Part shown: positions 32,924-40,773 of the stretch, in pieces
Numbering within the stretch: position 1 is the stretch's first letter
Layout of the letters: each line of letters begins with the position of its first letter
DNA from: a virus
Virus record (IMG/VR): IMGVR_UViG_3300050187_000010
Location: 1 to 47,145 of that record
Length of the DNA: 47,145 nucleotides
Strand: one strand, 5' to 3'
Notes under the pieces: model-generated
What the model was told of the DNA's origin: nothing
Databases searched by the model: none
What the model saw: only the letters and a program-made list of their open reading frames with translations
Made by a program: the position numbers and the translations under genes

Positions 32924-35398
32924 TTAGTATCCTGTTACTGGAGAACGCCCGTCGCCGCCGCGACGCATGGACTGTGATAACATGACTTCGCGAAGTTCGT
33001 CGTCAGTAAGCTGGTCGTCGTCTTCCACTGCTACTTCTTCAAGGCCAATTACCAGCCAAGCTGTTGAATCAAATTGATCATCAGCAAGGGCTTCGGCGTC
33101 GGCACGGAATAGCAGGATTTCAGCCTCATATTCCTCGTACCACTCAGCGTCCTTGTCAAACCGCATTGAACCAGCACGAGAACGCTTTTGAAACGGCCGA
33201 CCACGAACAGCCTTGTCCTTTACCGGCATGCGAGGTTCTAGGTTGAGGTAAACGCCGCGCTCTCGCATTTCGCTGCGTAGAATAGGTTCGAGGGTCTTCC
33301 AGATCACGCCGTCTTCGACGTAGAAGGTGAAGTCGTTTAAGTCGTCAGCCCAACGTTTAGCAATGTCAAAGAATTTTTCAATCACCTCAGCACTATGCCA
33401 ACGGCCAACATGTTGATCTTCGATGCAGATAGTGTTGTCGAGGCACTTGCCGCCGATAGTAAAGGAAGTGCGATTAGCGGTGTCGTCTTTAGAAACAGCA
33501 AAGTCAACACCGCAGCCCCGGCGTTTGAACTGGCTGCGATAATCGACTTCGATTAAGTTATCATGAACGTCCTTGGTGGTGAAGATCATTGGCAGCATAT
33601 CATCTTTACGAATATACTGCTCTTCATTATCGCGAGGATCGTTAAGGTATTCCTGAGAATATCCCGCAGCATCGCCTTCGGCTACGAATTCTCGCTGAAT
33701 AGCGCTAAGGCGGTCAGCAGGGAATTTCTCTGGCCACAGAATCTGAGTGAAATCGTTAAAGGCTCGATGGGCCTTGTACTTGCGGGAGTGCCAGGCTTTG
33801 TTTTTGATTAAGTGGTTTAGCAAAGAGTCTTCATGCAAGATAGTCCCATGAACCCGAATCCGCCCGCCATCGCGAAGGGCTTGTTTGCAAGCCCTGAAAA
33901 ACCAGCGCCGAAACTTGCGTCGGCGGTCTTTATTTTCGACCTGTTCATCGTCTTCTAGGTCATCACAGACGATCAGCCCAGGACGCTTTCCACGCCATTT
34001 GCGACCGCGGATCTTTTGTTCAGCTCCGCGAGCAATGATTCGAAACTGGTGGCCGTCGACGCATTCAATGACGATGTCGGTTTTCTGCTCGGTGCAGAAA
34101 TCCTTGATCTTGAAGTCGCGGCGTAGATCTTCGTTCTCGCGAAGCTCGTTAGCGATATCACCAAGATGTTCAATGGACATCTCTTCTGAAGCTCCAACGA
34201 GAATGACATAGTCTTCCTGGCGGAAACAGACATTAGCCAGGATAAAGTCGTGGGTCAAGCCTGTGCTGTTGTGAGTAAGCAAAAAATCTTCAGTCACATA
34301 AAGACCGTCTTCTGCTGCAACTGTAATACAACGTGAAGCTTCTTCACCAACATAGTCTATTGCTGTTATGCTGAGTCGTTCGTTGTTACAGCCTTTCCAT
34401 AAAGCTGCCTTTCTGTGCAACCTAAAAGGACACAAATCCTTTGGTAATTTAACCGACACTCTGTAAGAAGTTTGTGTCGCGCCTTTTGCAGACTTAGTTA
34501 TAGAAACTACAGCTACGCCGCCGAGGCTACGCACAATAAACACCACGGCTTCAACAAGATTTTCGTTGGTGTTGCAGAAATAAGCAATCTTACCGTCTTG
34601 GTGAACAGTCCCATCGGTGTCCATCAATCCCTGTAGCAGGGCCAGACGTTTAACTGGAGTGTCAACCAAATACAACGCAGGTACAAATTTATTATTCAGC
34701 AAACCCGCTGCCTGAAGTCTATCTCTAAAACCTTCTGGTTTGTATAGATAACTTCCAGCTTGTTTAATAACAACACAGTCAAACCAGTTGAATATCTCAG
34801 GATCAGCAGAAGTTATTCGTCCATCAGCCGCGTGGCCATCGCCAAGCCACACACCAAGCATATAGGCTGGAATATCAAGTTCCTCTCCATGCTCGAAAAA
34901 GCAAACAGGCTTGCAGAGCGGCAAAAAAGCTCTATATTCAATGTAGCCATTCGGCTTTTGCGCAAAAGCTTTAAGTTTTAGCTCCTTTAATGAAAGTGTT
35001 ATTAGCCTTTCACCTGTATTGCTGGGGATATACACAGACCACAGATGTTCATCGTTGCACAAAACAGCCCGTTCGTCTTTTGTTTCCAGTCTGTAAGTTG
35101 GCTGAACAGCAATAGGGTGTAACTGTGTTACTCGTGTGGCATGCCCATCGCTGCCAATAACAAAATCACCAACCGATAGTTCTCCAATTGTTGTCCATCC
35201 AGTAGGAGTCAGCACTTTGGTTTTCAGCGGCTGTGCTTTTGCGTGATTTCTGGGAGCCGCGGTAGCACATGCAGGATAATCGCTGCAGTAACGATTCCAA
35301 CATTCACGGTGGAAGTCCGGCGTTGGCTGAGGCGCGTCGTAACGGGGGCTGAGATAAACCCCCGCAAAAGCCTCGATCATCTCAGCGGTGAGCTTCAC
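32924..35398 (-). CDS. terL: Terminase large subunit, interrupted by an intein (mature ~501 aa)
   Basis: The P-loop AAPRNHAK|...|STGL is split after Lys54. Walker B is RPGLIVCDDLEDDE. The C-terminal part is nuclease-domain sized. GTG start. Confidence 0.85.
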   Translation of the reverse strand: MKLTAEMIEAFAGVYLSPRYDAPQPTPDFHRECWNRYCSDYPACATAAPRNHAKAQPLKTKVLTPTGWTTIGELSVGDFVIGSDGHATRVTQLHPIAVQPTYRLETKDERAVLCNDEHLWSVYIPSNTGERLITLSLKELKLKAFAQKPNGYIEYRAFLPLCKPVCFFEHGEELDIPAYMLGVWLGDGHAADGRITSADPEIFNWFDCVVIKQAGSYLYKPEGFRDRLQAAGLLNNKFVPALYLVDTPVKRLALLQGLMDTDGTVHQDGKIAYFCNTNENLVEAVVFIVRSLGGVAVVSITKSAKGATQTSYRVSVKLPKDLCPFRLHRKAALWKGCNNERLSITAIDYVGEEASRCITVAAEDGLYVTEDFLLTHNSTGLTHDFILANVCFRQEDYVILVGASEEMSIEHLGDIANELRENEDLRRDFKIKDFCTEQKTDIVIECVDGHQFRIIARGAEQKIRGRKWRGKRPGLIVCDDLEDDEQVENKDRRRKFRRWFFRACKQALRDGGRIRVHGTILHEDSLLNHLIKNKAWHSRKYKAHRAFNDFTQILWPEKFPADRLSAIQREFVAEGDAAGYSQEYLNDPRDNEEQYIRKDDMLPMIFTTKDVHDNLIEVDYRSQFKRRGCGVDFAVSKDDTANRTSFTIGGKCLDNTICIEDQHVGRWHSAEVIEKFFDIAKRWADDLNDFTFYVEDGVIWKTLEPILRSEMRERGVYLNLEPRMPVKDKAVRGRPFQKRSRAGSMRFDKDAEWYEEYEAEILLFRADAEALADDQFDSTAWLVIGLEEVAVEDDDQLTDDELREVMLSQSMRRGGDGRSPVTGY
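34268..35236 (-). mobile_element. Intein (323 aa) with LAGLIDADG homing endonuclease, inserted in the TerL Walker A motif
   Basis: It begins AQPLKTKVLTPTGW (block A with Ala1). Block B is NDEHLW. LAGLIDADG motifs are LGVWLGDGHA and LLQGLMDTDGT. Block F is SRCITV. It ends LLTHN followed by Ser. Confidence 0.8.
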
Positions 35399-35667
35399 TG
35401 CTTGAACCAGCCCATAAACTTGCCGATAGCATTGAGAAATAGTGCTGGACCGTCAACAGGCTGGCCACTGAACGAAAAACAAGTACAAGGCTCGCCCTGT
35501 TCGTCTATTTCCCGCCAGATGATCATAACTGTGTCAGCTTTTGCCGACAATATTCGTTGCTGAGCACTATACAACGCGTCAGCTGGTTGCCAGTCAGATC
35601 CAGAACAGCTTTTAGCTGATCTACGATCGCGAAGATCAAAACCTTCTGGCTTTGGGATAAGCTTCAC
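35395..35667 (-). CDS. Hypothetical protein upstream of TerL
   Basis: GTG start with a GTGA overlap onto TerL. No motif recognised. Confidence 0.4.
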   Translation of the reverse strand: MKLIPKPEGFDLRDRRSAKSCSGSDWQPADALYSAQQRILSAKADTVMIIWREIDEQGEPCTCFSFSGQPVDGPALFLNAIGKFMGWFKQ

Positions 35668-35670
35668 TAT

Positions 35671-35835
35671 TCAGCCCTCCAGCAGCCTATAAACCAACCA
35701 AGCAATAAACCAACGTTCTCGGCGAGAGAACTGATTGCGAGCTTGAATAGCTTCAAGCGCAATAACATCACCAGGTGTAATGTCAGGTGTGCTAAGCAAT
35801 GCCCTGATAATAACGTGGCTGGATTGGTGTGTCAT
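35671..35835 (-). CDS. Small hypothetical protein (54 aa, not in ORF track)
   Basis: Hand translation MTHQSSHVIIRALLSTPDITPGDVIALEAIQARNQFSRRERWFIAWLVYRLLEG. ATGA overlap with the upstream gene. Confidence 0.4.
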   Translation of the reverse strand: MTHQSSHVIIRALLSTPDITPGDVIALEAIQARNQFSRRERWFIAWLVYRLLEG

Positions 35836-36110
35836 GGAGATTCTCCTGGCAAGTGAACGGCGGTAGGTAGCTGATGTGCATGCAGAACATTCTTAAAGCT
35901 CTCAACCTCAAGCTGTAACAAGTCAGCTCGTTCTTCAGCTCGCCAGGCGATGTAGCCAAAGGCAATGGTACCAGCTGTACAGACGCCCGTCATGAAACAG
36001 ATGATCATTAACAATGGCAGTGTCACCGCCGAATCCCCAACTCGAACTGAAGCACTCGGGCTATAGTGTCGGCGAGAGGTGCTGTGCTTGCGGGTCTGTT
36101 GGTGACTCAT
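35832..36110 (-). CDS. Single-pass membrane protein with C-terminal helix
   Basis: TM helix LPLLMIICFMTGVCTAGTIAFGYIAW followed by an amphipathic helix. Confidence 0.5.
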   Translation of the reverse strand: MSHQQTRKHSTSRRHYSPSASVRVGDSAVTLPLLMIICFMTGVCTAGTIAFGYIAWRAEERADLLQLEVESFKNVLHAHQLPTAVHLPGESP

Positions 36111-36433
36111 GGCGCAGATCCTCTACGCTCAATAGCATTGAGCCTGCGCTCGTGTGCAGCAACAATTTCCTTGAGGTCTTTAATATCATCGCTGACGTTA
36201 GTCTGCTGCACAGACATTACTCGGATGTCGCCGCTTTGTTCAAGCTGCTTCTCGCGCATGTTCAAGGTAGTGATCAAATGCCAAGCCTGCATCGCAAACA
36301 AGATTGACCACAAAACAGCGCCAATCGCTAAGGTACTTTTAGGAATGTCCGTTCCACTGATATGCATAGAATCATCATCTCCGCTAAAGTCCTCTGAAAA
36401 GTCTTCTTTTCCCGGCGGTCGAGGGACAGACAT
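36107..36433 (-). CDS. Single-pass membrane protein with C-terminal coiled coil
   Basis: TM helix LAIGAVLWSILFAMQAWHLI followed by a coiled coil (LNMREKQLEQ...IKDLKEIVAAHERRLNAIE). Confidence 0.5.
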   Translation of the reverse strand: MSVPRPPGKEDFSEDFSGDDDSMHISGTDIPKSTLAIGAVLWSILFAMQAWHLITTLNMREKQLEQSGDIRVMSVQQTNVSDDIKDLKEIVAAHERRLNAIERRGSAP

Positions 36434-36437
36434 AAAG

Positions 36438-36587
36438 CTACTTCCGCTTTATAGGCTTTCTGGTTTTTACTTCACCTGCATAAGACTTGCCGTTTTTGAA
36501 GCAAAGATGCACGTATTTGTTGCCCGAAAGAGACTTAGTGCGAACGCGGCCACCGCGATTGACACAGGAGGTGAAGGCTTTAGGCAT
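36438..36587 (-). CDS. Small basic protein (49 aa, not in ORF track)
   Basis: Hand translation MPKAFTSCVNRGGRVRTKSLSGNKYVHLCFKNGKSYAGEVKTRKPIKRK. It starts 1 nt after the upstream stop. Confidence 0.4.
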   Translation of the reverse strand: MPKAFTSCVNRGGRVRTKSLSGNKYVHLCFKNGKSYAGEVKTRKPIKRK

Positions 36588-36588
36588 T

Positions 36589-36909
36589 TTAAGTTAACCC
36601 CGTGACGACAGCTAAATAGCTGGACATTCGAAGCGTTTGGCCATCAGACAGCAAAGCCTCACAGGTAAGTTCGTAGATGACGCCGGCGACCCCAGCGGTT
36701 AGTTCCTGGGTGACAATTGCTCCGGAGATGGAATCAGCACCAGAAATCAAAGCAGAAGGATTAGCGTCAACTCCACTGTAAACGGCGGCGGTTACGGTGG
36801 CGGAAGAAATTGAGCCTCCTGCAGGAACCTTACCGCTGAAGTCAAACAGAACATCGGCGGTTTCGCCGACTTTTTTGACTTGCTGAACTTGCTGGCCGCC
36901 GAAGGACAT
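36589..36909 (-). CDS. Small beta-sandwich (Ig-like / fibre-adaptor-like) protein
   Basis: The pattern DVLFDFSGKVPAGGSISSATVTA...ELTAGVAGVIYELTCEALLSDGQTL resembles small phage adaptor/Ig-like proteins. This is weak. Confidence 0.4.
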   Translation of the reverse strand: MSFGGQQVQQVKKVGETADVLFDFSGKVPAGGSISSATVTAAVYSGVDANPSALISGADSISGAIVTQELTAGVAGVIYELTCEALLSDGQTLRMSSYLAVVTGLT

Positions 36910-36955
36910 CTGGAGGGGCTCTGGTCGGGTTAGGTTAGACTAGGTTAGGCTGGTT

Positions 36956-37393
36956 TCAAGGCTGGTCGTAAAGCTTAGTCATGCAAATCAACAAGGTATA
37001 GACACGTATAGGGTCGGAACCAGGGGTAACAATAATGTTGTTGACAGTCAAGTCAATGTCACCGGTATAACCAGCTGCTATTCGACTAGGCTGCAGGCCA
37101 TTTTTATCACCAAAGCACATTTTGTCGTGCCCGGCTAGAGCAGCTATAAGCTGGTCAGCAGTAGCGTCCCAGAACAACCTGGCTGTAACACCGTCTGAAA
37201 TAGAATACTGAATCTCGTCAACGCGCAGGCCTGCAAGGACTAAGCCAACTTCATTGTTAGCGAAGTCGACGTCGAGATCAATTGCAGGAGTGACAGTGAA
37301 TTCAGCAGCTGTCGTGTCGAGAACGCCGATCAGTTCAACAACTGCATTACGCGGGCCGTCTGCGACTATCCGCTTGGTGTTGGTGTTTGCCAT
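36956..37393 (-). CDS. Hypothetical structural-like protein
   Basis: 145 aa. It starts MANTNTK, like the head protein at 28452. Confidence 0.45.
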   Translation of the reverse strand: MANTNTKRIVADGPRNAVVELIGVLDTTAAEFTVTPAIDLDVDFANNEVGLVLAGLRVDEIQYSISDGVTARLFWDATADQLIAALAGHDKMCFGDKNGLQPSRIAAGYTGDIDLTVNNIIVTPGSDPIRVYTLLICMTKLYDQP

Positions 37394-37409
37394 TGTGCTA
37401 TAAACTCCA

Positions 37410-38180
37410 CTAAGTCACAGGCCACTGCAAGCCAACAGTATTAACCAGCAGGCCATTTAACAGGACTGAAACATCCACATCGTTGTGGCTGACAGAATTC
37501 ACACGAACTTCCAGGGTAGCCTTTTCGTTAACTACTATTCCGCCGTTGACGTCGATAGGGACGCCTGGTTCGCTGATGGTGAAATCCAAGCCAAGCAATC
37601 TAACACCTGTTGCGAGATAGACGTAGGCGGCGATGGTAGCTGACACGCCGGGCCCACTACCACGGCCGACTAGGTAGTTAGTGCTGGATAACAGCAAGGA
37701 ATATCCAGCTGGAATAGTAAAGGAAGCTTGTCGAGAAGCTGAAGTAGCCGGGGCGATGTTTGCCCGGGCGGCGCCTCCACCAGCAACTTGAATAGTCAAG
37801 CGCCCAGCGTTAGTTTGCCCTGAGCCAGCTGATATAACGAGCGTGGATTGATGTCTGAAGCAATTTGCCGCTATTGCTACTGGCGTAGTGCCATTTAGGG
37901 CTACGACGGCAGACTGCAAAATGAATTCGTCGTCGAGATAAGTGATTAATGCACTGCGTGCTCCAGTACCAGCAGCTGCGTCAGCAGCATCGTCAGAGAC
38001 AATTTCCCAAGATTCTTCCCCAGCTGCAAATAGCTGTAACAGGTTATTCGAGCCGATAGTTAAAGGGGGTTGAACAGTTTGAATATCTGCTGCCCGCGCA
38101 GCCATTACAAACTCGCTAACGCCCTCGACGAGGCCCAAGCGGCCTGCTAGGTCGAAGTTCTGTGGAAAGGAAATACCCAT
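37410..38180 (-). CDS. Hypothetical structural-like protein
   Basis: 256 aa and beta-rich. SDDAADAAAGTGARSALITYLDDEF...ALNGTTPV is a conserved phage pattern I recognise but cannot name. Confidence 0.45.
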   Translation of the reverse strand: MGISFPQNFDLAGRLGLVEGVSEFVMAARAADIQTVQPPLTIGSNNLLQLFAAGEESWEIVSDDAADAAAGTGARSALITYLDDEFILQSAVVALNGTTPVAIAANCFRHQSTLVISAGSGQTNAGRLTIQVAGGGAARANIAPATSASRQASFTIPAGYSLLLSSTNYLVGRGSGPGVSATIAAYVYLATGVRLLGLDFTISEPGVPIDVNGGIVVNEKATLEVRVNSVSHNDVDVSVLLNGLLVNTVGLQWPVT

Positions 38181-38195
38181 GGCAAGTAACAGTAA

Positions 38196-38408
38196 TCAAT
38201 AACCGCCGTATTGTCGGCCCTTGACAGATGACTTGCGGCGAGGCATTTTGTCCATTGGGTCTCCGCCGAGCTGCGCGCGCTGGCGAATCGGCTGGGCGTC
38301 GGTGGGGGGTTTCTGGCCCTGGAGATCTCCGCCTGGGCTGACAGTAGTTGAATACCGCTGGCCTGTAGAACCGGCGGAGCCCATTGGCCGCGAGCGATGG
38401 ATAGACAT
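38196..38408 (-). CDS. Small basic protein
   Basis: AGGAG lies 9 nt upstream of the ATG. GC-rich. Confidence 0.45.
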   Translation of the reverse strand: MSIHRSRPMGSAGSTGQRYSTTVSPGGDLQGQKPPTDAQPIRQRAQLGGDPMDKMPRRKSSVKGRQYGGY

Positions 38409-38414
38409 TTGAAG

Positions 38415-39083
38415 TTACTCCTGGGTAAGAGCAATAGCGAGGGCTGTGTCGGGCTTGGATTCGGCTAGAGACTCAACAACAGTAACAGCCTCAGCTTCTC
38501 GCTTCTTCCGCTGCAGCAGCTGCACGAGCCCTCCACCTAGCTGTTCGAGGTGGATGTTGACTTCAACTGGGGTTCCACCAGGCAGAGCTGTTTCCTTCGC
38601 TCCATAGCCTGCAGCTCGTGCGCCGATTTCCGCCGCTCGCAAGGCGAGGTTGTCTGAGATTGCAATCGCAGGACGATTCAGCTTCTGCAGCAATACATCC
38701 AGCGAACGCGAGACCAGGGCCTTGAAGTTATCTTCCACCGTGCGCTGCAGCACGGGATCGATCATTTCCTCACGCCGCTTGGCAAAGGCGGTTTGAAATG
38801 CGTCACTGACCATCACCTGGGAGACCCAGGCGGGCGTCAAGCCAAAATGCCGGGCGATTTCGTTCTGTGAAATCGCAGGGTTAGCCAGAATCAGGTCAAT
38901 CATTGCCTGGTGATTGTAGGCGACCTTTTGAATCGCCCCGCGCTCGCGAGAACCGCTCGCAAGAGGCTTGTCCGTGTCCATGCCCGTAGCAGCAGGGCTA
39001 GCCGCCTTCGCCTCTGCGAGCAGTTTGGCTAGTTCGGCGTCAGCGCCAGGACTAAGATCAACTTCAACTTCAACTGCGCTCAC
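38415..39083 (-). CDS. HTH DNA-binding protein (candidate small terminase or late regulator), first gene of the minus arm
   Basis: GTG start 8 nt after AGGAG. HTH-like ISQNEIARHFGLTPAWVSQVM. The function assignment is speculative. Confidence 0.5.
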   Translation of the reverse strand: MSAVEVEVDLSPGADAELAKLLAEAKAASPAATGMDTDKPLASGSRERGAIQKVAYNHQAMIDLILANPAISQNEIARHFGLTPAWVSQVMVSDAFQTAFAKRREEMIDPVLQRTVEDNFKALVSRSLDVLLQKLNRPAIAISDNLALRAAEIGARAAGYGAKETALPGGTPVEVNIHLEQLGGGLVQLLQRKKREAEAVTVVESLAESKPDTALAIALTQE

Positions 39084-39130
39084 ATTCCAAACTCCTGGCT
39101 GTTAAAGCCTAGCCACCTAGCCCTCTCCCG

Positions 39131-39162
39131 CGCGTTTTAACCCGGCGGCGCCGAGCTGTCAA
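39131..39162 (-). promoter_or_regulatory. Candidate sigma70-type promoter for the minus-strand arm
   Basis: The reverse complement reads TTGACA-16 nt (GC-rich)-TTAAAACGCGCG, related to the composite promoter family. Confidence 0.4.
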
Positions 39163-39510
39163 CCCCCTTTCCACCAAGATATGCTCAACTGGAGGCCGAA
39201 GCGCCCAAAGCGCCCGAAGCACGAAGCACTCTCGGGCGGAGCCGGAGCCCCGCGCGGATAATCGGGAGGAATATTCGAGCGAGGATTAGAGGATTATGTG
39301 CGTGGAAAAGTAGAAGGGAGAGAAAATGGGAATGGGGCTTTCTCCCGCGCGCGAGCGCAGCGGATTTTTCCCCCCCAGGGGGTATGGGACCCAAGGATTT
39401 AACATAATTCAGATGATGACGAGAGCACAACAGCCGAGAGACCAATGGTGTGGGAGCAACAGGCTGGCGGAGATGTGGGGGTTTGGCAACGCGGCTGGAC
39501 GGATTCGAGG

Positions 39511-39561
39511 GTGACAAAAATTGTCACAATGTGACGGTCACAATGTGACCAAAATTGTCAC
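39511..39561. promoter_or_regulatory. Operator array: six GTGAC/GTCAC half-sites with symmetric 7-3-1-3-7 spacing
   Basis: GTGACaaaaattGTCACaatGTGACgGTCACaatGTGACcaaaattGTCAC. It contains two adjacent GTCAC-AAT-GTGAC palindromes. Confidence 0.6.
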
Positions 39562-39673
39562 GCTGGAGGAGTTGTTCAGGTTCGAGTGAGCAATGGCGCG
39601 GGGCCTGCAGCTGGCACGGGGGTTGCATGTAATTGGTGGGCGCCAATTCGGCGCGGCGGAGGAGAACTCTCTC

Positions 39674-39901
39674 ATGACACACACACGCAGCACACGCACC
39701 GGACCGGTCTGGAATCACGCGAGAAACGAGCCAGCCGTGGAACAACCCTCGTTATGGGGCTGGGCCATTTCGTGGAACCCAGACGATGGCCGATGGTACG
39801 TTGACTGGCCAGATGACCGCGGGACGCGGATCACGTTTCGCGAGCGGCGTAACCTCGTGCAATGGACGCGGAAGAATCCATTGAATACGCACAATCCCTG
39901 A
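39674..39901 (+). CDS. Trp-rich small hypothetical protein
   Basis: The ATG at 39674 follows GGAGGAGAACTCTCTC. Contains WGWAISWNPDDGRWYVDWPDDRG. GC-rich. Confidence 0.4.
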   Translation: MTHTRSTRTGPVWNHARNEPAVEQPSLWGWAISWNPDDGRWYVDWPDDRGTRITFRERRNLVQWTRKNPLNTHNP

Positions 39902-40019
39902 TACCACGGACCACGGGCATTCATCTAGAGTGCCCGTGCTCGGTCGCGATCAGGACCGGTTTCGCGGGCAATTCTGCACGCGGATATTCATGGGCGGCAT
40001 GGCCGCCGGGAGAACTCTC

Positions 40020-40733
40020 ATGACCACGACAACCGATCTGATAAATGCCAATGGACGCGCGGAGGAGCCCGAGGCGGCGCGCGAGGGCGAACCCGGTACA
40101 TCAATGACGGGGGGCGAGAGCACGCCCGACACGGCCGGAGAATCCGCCTCGGGGCAAACCGGCCAATCCCGCGCGAACAATGGCAAGCGCTCCAACTGGA
40201 CGGTCTCGGCGAAGGCAGACATGCAACATCGCACCATTACGTGGACGGTGCGAGGGAGCGACGAACCGCCGCTGGTGCTTGATTTGTCGAAAGTCAGCGA
40301 CGCCAACCGCCTCCGGGCCGAGTATCACGGGTTCACGCAACGCGTCAGCGACGCAGCTGCGATGGCCCGGGACACGAAAACCGGCAAATCGGCGACTCCG
40401 GCGCAGAAACGAATGGCGATGGCGCGGCTGGTCGAGCATTTGAATTCGGGGGCCGTGGAATGGTCACCAGCCAGGGCTGAAGGCGCGGGGCGGACGGTGA
40501 AGGAACATCCGAATGCCGAGTTGCTGCGGATTGCGCTGGGGATTTTTGATCCAGAGAAATCGCCAGAAACCATTGCTCAATTCGTGAGCGAGCGGTCGGC
40601 GGCGCAGATCACGGCGCTGGTGTTGAGCGAGCGGCTGAAAGACGCAATGGAGCTCGCCCGCGAGCAACTGCGGGAGCGGGAGGCGGCCCTGGCAGGGGAT
40701 GTTGATGCGGAAGAGTTGCTGAGAGGGCTCTGA
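40020..40733 (+). CDS. Hypothetical protein, GC-rich paralog of 46319-46966, with VDAEELLRGL tail
   Basis: The ATG at 40020 follows GGGAGAACTCTC. It can be aligned to the 46319 gene through HGFTQRVSDAAA / HGASQKIGDETA, EWSPAR / EWTAKR and the C-terminal tail. Confidence 0.55.
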   Translation: MTTTTDLINANGRAEEPEAAREGEPGTSMTGGESTPDTAGESASGQTGQSRANNGKRSNWTVSAKADMQHRTITWTVRGSDEPPLVLDLSKVSDANRLRAEYHGFTQRVSDAAAMARDTKTGKSATPAQKRMAMARLVEHLNSGAVEWSPARAEGAGRTVKEHPNAELLRIALGIFDPEKSPETIAQFVSERSAAQITALVLSERLKDAMELAREQLREREAALAGDVDAEELLRGL

Positions 40734-40773
40734 AAAGCCCAGGGCGGAGCCCGAGGGCGATCCGAAATCGCTG

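Noticed and set aside
33885-34211. 108-aa + strand ORF (and other + ORFs inside terL)
   Set aside because: It is antisense to the terminase gene and is Arg/Ser-rich.
36066-36605. 179-aa + strand ORF
   Set aside because: It is antisense to four tightly coupled minus-strand genes.
39185-39517. 110-aa (-) and 62-aa (+) ORFs in the divergent control region
   Set aside because: They have no Shine-Dalgarno sequence, a Pro/Arg/Leu-rich GC-shadow composition, and they overlap repeats and promoter-like motifs.
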